A stretch of 64,000 bases of DNA from Botryllus schlosseri (Eukaryota): contig CM119371.1 of assembly GCA_051294905.1 (NCBI GenBank), positions 38,070,001 through 38,134,000 on the forward strand, read 5' to 3'. A program made the translations under genes and the position numbers. Every line of letters begins with the position of its first letter. The stretch's first letter is position 1. Shown here in pieces: positions 53,201-64,000 of this stretch. The notes beneath the pieces were generated by a model that was not told the DNA's origin, ran no database searches, and worked only from the letters and a program-made list of their open reading frames with translations.

Positions 53201-56200
53201 GTTGTTGACTAAATACAGCAGATGTATGGTTATGACATAGCCAGCAAACATCTTCATATTTAGGAAGTCGAAAAGTTGTTGGCCGGCCGTTTGGACCCGT
53301 AAACTTCATGTCACCTCCACCTGTTTCTTTGTCGTTTTCCATTACAAGACCTGCAAACCAGTCACTATCGTCTATTGCAGCTGCGTATCCACTTGGTCTT
53401 AAAGTAACGGCACAGGGTTGACTGCGACATGCGAACTGCAGAATGCGAAATATAAGCATAGCTAGCTTTCATCAATGCCCCACTATATACTTGGGTTACC
53501 ATATTTTCGTGGGCCGAATTCCGGACACTCTTTATCGCCCCCTGGCTGGTTTCAAAATGACGTATGAACGCATATGACGTCACACTGACAATGCTTTGCC
53601 TATCGATTGTATACAGGGCTGGGTTCTTTAACAAGCGCTTTTATGCTATTTCGAATTTGAGCTCTAGTGATTGCTAGGGTCGGTGTTCTCTTCTGGTCTG
53701 CAACAGACTTCTTCATGTGCCATATGAAATTGTCTGGCCCGTCGGCCATGTGTTTGATAGCCCTGCTGTACTGTTAGGTCGGTGCAGATATGTGACTCTG
53801 TGTTGTAGCCAGACCGAAACAACACTTCTGTGCCAACTCCCGCCCCAAAAACACTGGTCTGAACTGAGGCCCACAGGGTGATCGATACAACTTCAGGTTA
53901 GCTTACTATATGCGACTGGTTGTTAAATTTTGTGAATGCATTCTGTCCGTAAATTGGTTTTTCGATATATCACTATAAAATTTTTAGCCTCTCTCAGCCC
54001 ACGTGATCAAAGTTAGCGGTAGAACTGATGGAGATGATGACTTTGAGAATGCAGGAAACGTAATTGTACATCGCTAAGACATGCTCATGTCACGCGCAGG
54101 CGCGTAGACAGGGGGAGGTAATCGGTGTCCAATATCCCCCGTTCCCAAGCTCAAATACCCCTCCTTCCTGGTATATCTTAGTATAATTGCTCATTCGTGA
54201 TTAGATTGCTCGATTCTCATTCGTGGTTATGAGCGTTTTCACAGAACAGTATATGCGACGAAACCCATTTATCTCCTATTCATCTCCCGTCTGTGACTGA
54301 CAGCGGGACTAATTAGTGTATCGTTTTACATTGCACCCGAAGATCTCGCCACTCGCCATTGCGTGTGCATAAGCACGTTACCTAAGGTTGTAGGCCTATT
54401 ATTAGAGAAACCTGCAGTACCATAACAGATTGTCACTGTAGCGGTCGATGCAACGACTTGTTGCAAGACACGCTGGTCGTATAGTGCTTGATTGGAGTCG
54501 ATGCTACGGCCACAGTTCCTGTTGTACGCACTAGCCAAGTGACGAATGACCGCTCTGAGATCACTTGCAATTTTGATCACACACGCAGATCCAAGGAGCT
54601 TTCTTCAATAGCTCAGAACAGCCAAATAGTAGTAATTAGTGGTCAGAAACGTGTAGATTTACCAGGATCAAATCATACTGCAATATATTAACAAATACAG
54701 AAAGAACAAACTGAAATGAATCTAATTTGTAGATTTAGCGAGGACAGGGCTACACTCATTGAAATCAATATATGTAACAGTAAATAGCGCGTAGCGCGAA
54801 GAAAATTTCCAAGTAGCATAAATCTTCAAAATAAGATATTGTTTATGTTGATTTACGAAAACATTTTCATCTCCCTTCAAGCCTTCAGAAGTCCGGACAT
54901 TTAGGCATATTTCAGCGTTTCCTTCAGGACGCCGTTTAAATATGGAATACGGACATGTCCGGGAAAGTCCGAACGTATGGCAACCATAATATAAACTCAA
55001 GTTGTTATGCTTGTGGGCTGCTTTTAACTTCTACTGGAACATTGTTGTCGGCATAACCATTTACTTCCTCCACGTCGGAATATTTCATTTATGAGCGATA
55101 TTGACGTAAGGATACAGGACGGAGCCCGTGTAACGCGGTGGCTGCCCGTATTTTTTAAAACAAACAAGATGTAGTGTGATTATTCATTGCTAGTTAGTCG
55201 TGAACACAAATTGTACGATTGCTAATTTAGTCAGCCTTCAACCAAATCTTCATTTATACTTCCACTGGAAGTAGTTCTTTCCTAGGTATTGGAAATCGCT
55301 ACTTATGCTCATAAGCAAGTGGAACTCTACATCTACTTGCGTACCGACGAAGTCTACTGATCGACTAATACGATGGAGCTTGTTCAGAGTTTGTGGTCTA
55401 TCTAGCTGGCGATTGCGTCGCACTGTTTAGCTGTATTTTATCAAAATTTATTGCCAAGACACAGTTCTATACCTTTCTATATTAAGCGTTTCATTTCGAA
55501 TGAGCTGCTATAAATCATAAAACAAGTTTGGTGGTTCTCTGATGTCAATAATATACTACGCTTCTGATGCATGTGCTGTGATGTAGACAAATTTAGGGGT
55601 ATCAGTTCGTTGTTAGTGTTTGGTTGCAAGTTGTGCTTGTTCTGATATTCACTTGAATATGCTCAGTCAAGCGGCCTATGCCAGACAAGTCAATATGGAA
55701 ACAGCAAACCAGTACACAAAAGAAAACACCATTGATACACCTACAGATGTGCAAAAGCGGGGCGCGCTCAGCACAAGAATGCAGTCCTCAATATGAGGGA
55801 AACATTATGGGAGTAATTGCCACTTCACGAACAGCCGCCTGGGTATCTTCAAGTATTGCATAGCAGTAGGAATCTGAGTTTATTACCAAACGTTGACTGC
55901 AATCGCGACATTTTCCATAGAGGAAAGATTGCTCTTGGCATTGTGCGTGTATTTACCAATTATGCATTGATTAAAATTACCAGTATATCATATAGGAGAG
56001 TAATGTCAGGCGAGTAATCCCCTCGATTTGAAATTCAGAATGCTTCAAGCTCTTCGAGCTCTTCAAGCTCCTCAAGCTCCTCGAGTGCGGATTCTGACAT
56101 AATGGCGGGAAAACCGATCGATCTGATTATGGCAGAATTGAGGCAGGCGGGTTTGGAAATTCACCGCGGAAATTTCAGGAAATCTGCAGACAAAGGAGTG

Positions 56201-59200
56201 GGGAAAATCGTGAGTTTCTCATATATTGGAATATTTCCTGTTGTCACATGAACTGATTCCAGGACGGAACACCTATCTCGAAAACTGATGACGTCACAAA
56301 AGCTTTTGAGAGCTCTTCTTCGTCTTCTAGTGGAGATTCTGAAAAAGGAGTAAGAAATATTGTGAATTTCTTCCTATATTCAAATTCATCCCTTTGACAT
56401 TAACCTGATTGCAGGACGTACGACCAGTCTGGAAAACTGATGACATCACAAAGTCACTGATATTGAAGACTGACGAGGTCGCAAAGGATGTTGAAAGCTC
56501 TTCTTCATCTTCATCTTCTTCTGGTGGAGAATCTGAAAAAGGAGAAAGGAAGATTGTGAGTTTTTTCTTATATTCAAAGTTATTTCGGTCTCACATTAAA
56601 CTGATTTCAGGATGTAACACCCATCTGGAAAACTGATGACGTCACAAAGTCACTAATATTGAAGACTGATGACGCCACAAAAGCTGTTGAAAGCTCTTCT
56701 TCGTCTTCTAGTGGAGATTCTGAAAAAGCAGAAAGAAAGATTGTGAGTTTTTTCTTTTATTTAAATTTATATCTATCACAAAATACACTGATTACAGGAC
56801 GTAACACCCATCTGGAAAACTGATCATGTCACAAAGTCACTAATATTGAAGACTGATGACGCCACAAACGCTGTTGAAAGCTCTTCTTCGTCTTCTAGTG
56901 GAGAGTCTGAAAAAGAAGGAAGGAAGATTGTGAGTTTTTTCTCATATTCAAAGTTATTTCTCTTTCACATTAAACTAATTGCAGGATGTAACACCCATCT
57001 GGAAAACTGATGACGTCACAAAGTCACTAATATTGAAGACTGATGACGTCACAAAGGATGTTGAGAGCTCTTCTTCGTCTTCTAGTGGAGATTCTGAAAA
57101 AGAAGGAAGGAAGATTGTGAGTTTTTTCTCATATTCAAAGTTATTTCTCTCTCACATTAAACTGATTTCAGGATGTAACACCCATCTGGAAAACTGATGA
57201 TATCACAAAGTCACTAATATTGAAGACTAATGACGCCACAAAAGCTGTTGAAAGCTCTTCTTCATCTTCATCTTCTTCTGGTGGAGATTCTGAAAAAGGA
57301 GAAAGGAAGATTGTGAGTTTTTTCTCATATTCAAAGTTATTTCTCTCTCACATTAAACTAATTTCAGGATGTAACACCCATCTGGAAAACTGATGACGTC
57401 ACAAAGTCACTACTATTGAAGACTGATGACGCCACAAAAGCTGTTGAAAGCTCTTCTTCGTCATCTTCTTCTAGTGGAGATTCTGAAAAAGAAGGAAGAA
57501 AGATTGTGAGTTTCTTCTTATATTCAAATTCATCCCTCTCTGACATTAAATTGATTGCAGGACGAACGACCAATCTGGAAAACTGATGACGTCACAAAGT
57601 CACTAATATTAAAGACTGATCACGTCACAAAGGATGTTGGGAGCTCTTCTTCGTCTTCTAGTGGAGATTCTGAAAAAGGAGAAAGGAAGATTGTGAGTTT
57701 TTTCTTATATTCAAAGTTATTTCTCTCTCACATTAAACTGATTTCAGGATGTAACACCCATCTGGAAAACTGATGACGTCACAAAGTCACTAATATTGAA
57801 GACTGAGGACGTCACAAAGGATGTTGAGAGCTCTTCTTCGTCATCTTCTTCTAGTGGAGATTCTGAAAAAGAAGGAAGAAAGATTGTGAGTTTCTTCTTA
57901 TATTCAAATTCATCCCTCTCTGACATCAGACTGATTGCAGCACGTACGACCAATCTGGAAAACTGATAATGTCACAAAGTCACTAATATTGAAGACTGAT
58001 GACGTCACAAAGGATGTTGAGAGCTCTTCTTCGTCTTCTAGTGGATATTCTGAAAAAGTCGAAAGAAAGATTGTGAGTTATTTTTCTAACCTAATTTATA
58101 TCTATCTCACAGTAAATTGATTGACAGGACGTAACACCTATCTGGAAAACTGACGACGTCACAAAGTCACTAAGATTGAAGACTGATGATGTCACAAAGG
58201 GTGTTGAAAGCTCTTCTTCGTCTTCTAGTGGGGAGTCTGAAAAAGAAGGAAGAAAGATTGTGAGTTTTTTCTGATATTCAATTTTATTTATCGATCACAA
58301 TGAAGTGATTGTAGGACCTACCGCCTATCCTGAAGGCTGGTGACGTTACAAAGGCGGTTGAGATCTCATCTTCGTCTTCTTCAAGTGGAGAGTCTGACAA
58401 TGGCAAAAGAACGATTGTAAGTTTTTTCTTTCAATCAAATTCATTTATCTGTCGAACTAAACTGATTACAAAGGCTGTCGCGAACTCTTCGCCGTTTCCA
58501 AGCGAGCGCGAAATTGCTGATAAGTCCTTGGACTCATCTTCAAAGCTGAAGATTGCTGAAAGACCGCGAAAAGTCAATATCGTGAAGAAAGCTGTAAGAT
58601 TTTTTTTTATTTTCAACCAAAGTATTTTTACAACGATTCTTTTTCTTTCAGGGTGACATAATTCTGGAGGTTGAGAAATCCTGCTCTTCGTCATCCTCTA
58701 GTGGATCTTCGAGACGCGACAGCTTGGAGGAAGTCATCGAGAACGTATATCTGAACTTTTATTTCACTTTTGTCGAGATTATAATGTCACAAAATATTTC
58801 AGGTCCAGCCCTTCGATCGGACGAAATCGATTCAAAAATCTCGATCCAGCTCTTCGTCTGCCTCCAGTGACTCCTCGAAGCCACCGAGCGCCAAAAGCCA
58901 AGAGGAAGTGAGTCCAATCACATTTCAACATGACACTGATGTTATAACAGTATTTACAAGCGAGGAACATTAATGAAGGCAACATTTCTTCACCTGATGG
59001 AATTTTATAAAACGACTGGACAACGTATCAATACAAATATAAATCAATTATTAACGACAACAAAGTAAGCATAAAAGGAAATGGAACCCATCATCTATGG
59101 GAATATGGAATGAAATTACAACAGCCGGAAAAATACAAGTCATCTATGTATCAGTGGTTCTCTGACTGCGACCAATCCTTGATGCGTGGTGACTTCAATT

Positions 59201-61568
59201 TGTGCTGAAACTTCCCCCTTTCAATAATGTTGTTAACCTAACTATAATTCGATTTGAAATGTCATAATTGCGTCGTACCACCAACACGCTGATGGTAGAT
59301 TTTGACCGATACCGAACCTTGCACTAATCAGAAGATGTCCTTGAATGAAGTGTAGCTTAACTGATGAATGGGTGTATGTCATTGGTTTTTGTTTTAGATG
59401 ATTTATGGTCAGGTACGTTTGAGCTAAGGTCAAGTGAATTAGGCACCCAAATCGTTAAAATACCTACATGTTACGAGCTACATATGGTACATACATACAT
59501 ATGAGCATTGCATATGGTTATGTTTAACGAAACATTCAACTGGACGTTTTTCGTGCTACGCGCGATTTACCTTCAGCTCATAAAGAATTGCATGGTGCAT
59601 AGTCTGAATTTTATATTTGGAAGTGTTTCAACAGCCATAACACCTTCCATGATACCAAACGGAATTGCAAACATTCTTGATCCTCATCTAATAATTTTGA
59701 TGTGACGATATAGGGGGGTGCGAAATTTTTCACTGTCATCAAGGGTATCTCGTCGAAAAGAGTTTAAGAACCACTGCTCTAGAACTTGTGTTCTTGACAC
59801 GTGGAAATTTTATCATCACATATTGAGAGTTATATCCTCTCGTAGTTTGGCACTGTTAGATGTGAACCATAACTGTCGACACCAAAGTAAACTTGACTGA
59901 ATACAGACTGATTTTGCAGCATACAATGAGCTACCGTGCTAGCTTTGCTATTGTGGTCCCTGAACAAGAACTGGTCTTGACGAATAATGGTTTATTTAGC
60001 TGATATCAATGGTCATAACAATATCTCGGAGATCTGCGAAGACTTCTGAAGCACTTTAGCGATCCACGCTAAAAATTGGTGTAAGAACCCCCGCTTTAGA
60101 AGCTAACTTATGGAAGAAAAACATGATTTTGACACAGCAATACCAATTGTTTCTATATGTCGTTACCTGTGAAAGATTGTTATCAAATTTTATTGCCACT
60201 ATGATAAATATTGCCTCAATTTGAATAGGACACCATTCCGGCAATATCCAAGAGCCTGTTATCTGATGGAGAACGAAAAATTGTGAGTTTTCCAATTGTG
60301 AATTTTCACATTCCAAATTGTGCCATGTCTGATTGACTGATTTTAGGCCGTCACGAGCTCTTCGTCATCAGCTAGCGGCCAAGTGGACGAGGTGAGTGTT
60401 TTCACACTCGCAGAGCGCACCATGACTTTTTAATTGCGCGTTCCAGAGCTCTGTCGCAATCCGAATGATAAATTCCAAAACGGTCACGATTTTGTCAGAG
60501 GCTATCGAGAAATCTTCTTCGTCGTCCTCCAGTAGCTCGTCGAAACCCGAAGACTTCGAGAGAATTCACAAACTCAACCAAGCCGAAGAAGCTGTGAGTC
60601 AGAGATTTACTGAAAATACATAATTAATTTGGTTCAATCCATTACTTAATCCGATCGCGAATCCAATAGCAACAGAAATCTGTTCAAATGTAGCATGAAA
60701 ACTAGAAAGTATCAGAAATTTTGGATCCAAAGCCATATTTAATTAGTTTCATGTTTAAAGCAAAGTGCATAACCTTTATTGGCAAAAACGATTGTAAATT
60801 TGATAACGAAATCCTGCTTCAATATATTCCTAAATTCCATCTAAATTCGATCGGTTTTCTTTCAAGTCCAAACTGATTGCTACCGCCACGGTTATTTTTT
60901 CAGATTCTCGTCAATTCCGCTACTACGTTCGCGATGGGCGAGAAACTCGATGAAACGGAACGCAGAGTCAATGAAGCGGAACGCAGCGACGCGTCAATCA
61001 AAGCCGTGATGAACGACATCGAGTTGGAGATCGACAGAGCAGAGAAGCAAGTCGCAGATATCAGACGAGGGGTAAGTGCTAAATGCGGAAACTGTCAGAT
61101 TTACAATAAATCCAAATATTCTGGCAATTTAATTGCTTACGTAGTTGGTCGAGGGGTTCCACTTAATGAAACTGCCTGACGATGACTACGTTCAAGATCT
61201 TTCATTTCTGCATGTCCTTGTTACTTGCGTAGAGATTTTGGGCGATATCGCAATTAGTTTTTGACTACCTCGCCGAATTTGATAAGATTATAGTGTTGAT
61301 GTGTCTCATATGTAGCTTTCAAAAATATGACACAAAGAATCGTACCCTCATGTCATGACATCACATTACGGTGTGATGCGTACGTTCCTGATCAACCTCA
61401 TTAGTTTCACGGGAGCACTACATATATACGGCCAGGCCCCCCCCCCCAGATGGGGGTGCCTCTAAATTGTAAAATGCGCGTTATTAAATTTGTTTCACGC
61501 TTCAGCGAACACCGATCACGGACAGAGCCGGACAGACTTCGAGACTTCGGACCGTAAGACGCAAATAA
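32169..61568 (+). CDS. MYRIP: MYRIP/melanophilin (Slac2)-like Rab27 effector, ~35 exons, ~1414 aa in my model
   Basis: Phase-consistent exons: 32169-32278, 33632-33740, 35182-35288, 37799-37923, 37999-38043, 40074-40159, 40663-40813, 41735-41856, 42839-42928, 44522-44699, 47194-47392, 47452-47614, 48082-48170, 48937-49090, 56039-56209, 12 repeat exons 56263-58416, 58474-58593, 58652-58744, 58803-58907, 60229-60282, 60347-60391, 60447-60593, 60904-61071, 61506-61568. Diagnostic segments: N-terminus MGRKLDLGELTEEEEKTILNVIQRDYDVRR, Zn finger CAKC/CDGC/C..C/CTAC, GEWFY-RHGGAKV, AVRLAEEMIDRAL, C-terminal coiled coil. The last exon and the 47392/47452 junction are less certain. The symbol marks the family; orthology to MYRIP versus MLPH is untested. 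Confidence 0.85.
33632..33740 (+). CDS. MYRIP: MYRIP-like exon 2 (first Zn-finger Cys pair)
   Basis: QLNEDVNKEEVVRNDAEVSDLCAKCGSKFVWLINPK; donor AAG|gtaaat; acceptor is GAG. Confidence 0.85.
34373..34953. mobile_element. CAGGGTTGTAA-family MITE (GACTCGAGTC-rich)
   Basis: TIRs CAGGGTTGTAA / TTACAACCCTG; diverged TSD AGGATTGG/CTGATTGG. Confidence 0.85.
35182..35288 (+). CDS. MYRIP: MYRIP-like exon 3 (Zn finger)
   Basis: SQCDGCELFFCKNKIDCITYDKVSKKCFCTACVKQR; acceptor ttttcccag, donor gtttgg. Confidence 0.9.
35829..36372. mobile_element. CAGGGTTGTAA-family MITE nested near the end of a CAGTGGCGGAG element
   Basis: TSD GTTCTCAG/GTTCTCGG; colinear with 34373-34953. Confidence 0.85.
36859..37426. 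mobile_element. CAGGGTTGTAA-family MITE
   Basis: Colinear with 34373-34953; diverged TSD GTAGGAAG/CTAGAAAG. Confidence 0.8.
37799..37923 (+). CDS. MYRIP: MYRIP-like exon 4 (SHD2, GEWF motif)
   Basis: NLATLAGEWFYSKLKGKFRRHGGAKVSREIQKRRK; probable GC donor gcgagt. Confidence 0.9.
38563..39225. mobile_element. Palindromic Kolobok/T2-like MITE
   Basis: TTAA|AGGGGCACTGCACTCTAA ... TTAGAGTGCAGTGCCCCT|TCAA; arms of ~315 bp are inverted copies around a short spacer. Confidence 0.85.
39508..40033. mobile_element. CAGGGTTGTAA-family MITE nested in an older, oppositely oriented relative (~38067-40049)
   Basis: Left TIR CAGGGTTGTAACC; TSD CTTGGTGG/CTTGGTCG; right TIR eroded. Confidence 0.75.
41735..42928 (+). 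CDS. MYRIP: MYRIP-like exons 8-9 (41735-41856, 42839-42928), probably within the myosin-binding region
   Basis: IESAVRLAEEMIDRALESAKAKQSLE|SDGGNFLLAKYLSDSRQELVRNVTSQMHDQ resembles the recalled vertebrate MYRIP segment ALRVAEEAIEEAI...ASYLRDHKEEL. Confidence 0.75.
41895..42720. repeat. Degenerate ~36-42 bp minisatellite in MYRIP intron 8
   Basis: About 20 copies of TAGAACT(AGATCTAGAACT)ACTCACTTTTCAAAATTCGCAAC; short inverted relatives at ~34020-34095 and ~36520-36580. Confidence 0.85.
43215..44178. repeat. Two diverged tandem ~480-bp units, probably TE-internal
   Basis: aaatttcgtt-tctcgct-catc-taaac-gaggatttgtacgaaatt-ctgtcgtaaatgactcgctgatttt recurs at ~43246 and ~43724; both units end tttcaaggtgatg...gagatagct. 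Confidence 0.8.
44806..45881. mobile_element. hAT non-autonomous element (TAGGGTTACC ends, TCCGGAC subterminal motifs)
   Basis: TIRs TAGGGTTACCATA / TATGGCAACCCTA; perfect TSD GGAAAGAT; diverged homologue at 53491-54988. Confidence 0.88.
49987..51998. mobile_element. CAGTGTTGGGA-family hAT MITE with nested Charlie-like element
   Basis: Ends AAGTGTTGGGATC / GTCCCAACACTG; TSD GTCTGTAC/GTCTGTAT. Confidence 0.82.
50511..51722. mobile_element. Charlie-like non-autonomous hAT nested in 49987-51998
   Basis: Ends TAGGAGTTCTCAA / CTGAGAACCCCTG; perfect TSD CTCTAATC. Confidence 0.85.
52814..53079. mobile_element. TAGGGTTAC-family MITE
   Basis: Ends TAGGATTACCATA / TATTGTAACCCTA; TSD CATATAAA/CATAGAAA. 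Confidence 0.75.
53491..54988. mobile_element. Diverged copy of the 44806-45881 element with internal insertions
   Basis: Colinear blocks (tatgacgtcacac, atcgat-caacttc, gtttatgttgatttacga, cgtatggcaacc). Confidence 0.75.
56263..58416 (+). repeat. Tandem array of 12 coding exon+intron units (~187-196 bp period) inside the MYRIP-like gene
   Basis: Exons at 56263-56361, 56415-56555, 56611-56742, 56798-56929, 56985-57116, 57172-57312, 57368-57505, 57561-57692, 57748-57885, 57941-58072, 58128-58259, 58315-58416. All are phase 0 with 53-55 nt GT-AG introns. Consensus DVTPIWKTDDVTKSLILKTDDVTKDVESSSSSSSGDSEKEGRKI. Confidence 0.92.
60904..61071 (+). CDS. MYRIP: MYRIP-like C-terminal coiled-coil exon
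   Basis: ILVNSATTFAMGEKLDETERRVNEAERSDASIKAVMNDIELEIDRAEKQVADIRRG; acceptor tttttcag, donor gtaagt. Confidence 0.85.
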
Positions 61569-64000
61569 TCAAATCCACAAATCAAATTTACGAGTGTTAC
61601 TGATTTATCATCTTCGTATTGTATTCATGCATTTGTTTGATGAATGAAGATACTTTACCACATTAATTGAAAAAATGAAACTAATGAAAGAAATCAATTG
61701 AAATTATGAACTACTCTGATTGGTGGAAACGGTAGAATTGTGACACGAAATCAATGAATATTTTGAAAGAAACGTGAATTATAAACTTAGCTGGAAAAGA
61801 TTGAAAATTTTAACACCACTCCAATTGGTAGCAATGGTAGAGAACGCGAATAAATGACAAAACATTTGAAATCACTGGTGAGCGAGTGTTATCAATTCGT
61901 CGTCATCATTGATTTACTCGATCGCAGCGGTTCTTGAATTCGGGTCTTGATTCTGCGACATGATTCTGAGATCAACTCCCCTTGCCAGAGATTTTCGTTG
62001 ACGGTTGAATTTCTTTTCTTGTTATATTGGAAATTCAAGCCTCATTAGTTGGTAGTGAAGGCTGTGTGATCCGAAAGTGTATCCCTTTGTCAACCCTTTG
62101 GAATTGTTGTGATAAGTACTGTTGTGATGTTGGTGTATATCGGTAATCAGGGCTGTAACTACCTCGCCCGAAACTCTCGACTAGGGATGGGCCCAAAATT
62201 AATTCGTAAATGAATAGGACATGAAGTAGAATATTCGTGGGCAGAGTTGTGCAACTAGACATTTTTCTTTGCTATTCGCGCAATTTGGTGTTGCTATATT
62301 TAATATTTTGTCTCAATTATTTTAACGCAGAGCGAACGTTTGTAGTTGTATAATTGTATATCTGACTCCAAGATGTATTATTGACTCCAAGAAGGCTGCG
62401 TTTACAATTCGCTGCGTGTTCCTCTTCCGTTCGACTGTCTATTGCACACGAATTCGATGAATCACACGGACGAATATATTTTGTTTCTGTCTCCACAACT
62501 CGTAATTTTATTGCCAATCACGTATGGTTCAAAATGCAGTATATATTTCTCGCAATTAGCGAAGTACTTATGAATGTCTATCGACTTCCGAACCGGCTAA
62601 TAATCATGCATGTATATCGACTTCCGAACTAGCTAATAATCATCAATGTCTCTACGTGGTATTACACACGTACATCTCGAATATCCACGAGCGATTACAT
62701 GCACCAAACATCGTACGATTTATCGTCTTATCAGTATTCACACTCCCTATTGCTCAAATCTTAAATGGCGTGAACAATATATTTCGTTGAAAGTTCCCCC
62801 TTGCTACCAAAAGAACTTGGTGTAAAAAAAAAACGAATATATTGTTCAAAATGTTCGGTTATAAATTCCCCCCTTTCAGCAAAAGAACTTCGTGTAAAAA
62901 AAAACCGAACATATCGTTCAAAACGTCATACCTAGGGTCATAACTAATCATAGCGACTGGAGACAGTTAACAATTTTATATGCAGGGGAAAAGTAACTAA
63001 TAAAACGAAATACCATCATAACATAGTATTCGGCTGATCTTGAAATGACTCGAAGTAACATCATTCTGTTTATGCAGACTACTGAAATACAAATCCACGA
63101 CATTAGGCGCTCAAAAAACACAAACATCACTTAATACCTCAAAACAATACATACATGATATAACGGCAACATTAAAGGATACATTACATTGGGCATTCAG
63201 AAAACCGATAATATCACTCGCACACGAACTAATTAGCAAGATACTGTTATGGGTATAAAAAAAATCGAATATTCACCTGCAATAATTTTATTCTAAATTG
63301 ATATAAAACTTCCTAATTCATATCACGTAGCATTTAACATTGGTATATACCGACAGAACGAGAGTGTGCCCTATTTATTGTATTACATGCAAAGCAATGT
63401 TTGCAAATATCATGCACTACCGCGGTGCATATTTCTCAATGATATACTCAACATAAGGGTATCGTCGTATGGTAGAGGCCTAATATCTCTTCATAAGGCT
63501 TGCAATATATCATCATTCATCACACATACATATCAAGCTATTCAGCTATTGGATGCATCATGGCATCGAATAAATAGGGTAGCCTTCTTGCCACGGGTTT
63601 ACCCGCACACATCTCTTATCAAAACATCATGCTATATAAGCACCTGCGTCCTACAGCTCTAGCAGCGGAGGATTAGACTCCCAGGAAATGCGACCCCTAC
63701 CTGGGTTTAGAAACCAATGATTGCAAGTTACTTTACAAAACTATACTTTGTCAATATCCCAATAACAGTAACCAACTAACGTCGTAGCGCAAGAGAATAA
63801 AATCGATCTACCTTAAATTTTTCTAATCCGTGTGATACATGCTTGGAGCACCACTGTCCGCAAATCTGCCAAGCTTCTGCAATTTACGAGCATTTTCTGA
63901 CACTGCAGACGTTGTCTTCATCATTGTCTCCTCTCTGGCGTATTGATCATCGAAAGCACAACCCCGCTGCATTTCTTCCTGGCAATAACGTATAGTCGTT

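Noticed and set aside
56409..58120. ORF-track peptides that run through into VSFFLYSKLF...
   Set aside because: They read through 55-nt introns; the spliced phase-0 model explains them
61870..64000. Minus-strand gene near the right edge (ORFs 62035-62517 and a candidate exon ~63810-63978)
   Set aside because: Could not build a consistent open spliced frame or recognise a domain; left uncalled, though a neighbouring gene's 3' end is not excluded

Overview
Eukaryotic (animal) genomic DNA: AT-rich, spliceosomal genes and a very high load of short DNA transposons. Many ~55-nt introns and a chordate-type MYRIP/melanophilin gene suggest an invertebrate chordate such as a tunicate, but this is inference only. 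Two spliced genes can be reconstructed by hand on the + strand. (1) A 3-exon, 106-aa stefin-type cystatin (16400-20060, QVVAG motif) that unusually carries a signal peptide and two cysteines. (2) A ~35-exon, ~1400-aa MYRIP/melanophilin (Slac2)-like Rab27 effector (32169-~61568). Its middle is expanded by 12 tandem, phase-0, poly-Ser exon+intron units (56263-58416), and its 5' part appears to need one GC-AG intron and one GAG acceptor. The rest is non-autonomous hAT elements (many with 8-bp target-site duplications, often nested), a foldback-like element carrying a minisatellite, a Kolobok/T2-like hairpin MITE, CR1/L2-type LINE 3' fragments, a tRNA-derived SINE and tandem repeats. Nearly all ORFs in the supplied track are spurious or fragments. 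No prokaryotic systems, rRNA, real tRNA or CRISPR array were seen. All homology calls come from recalled motifs, not database searches.
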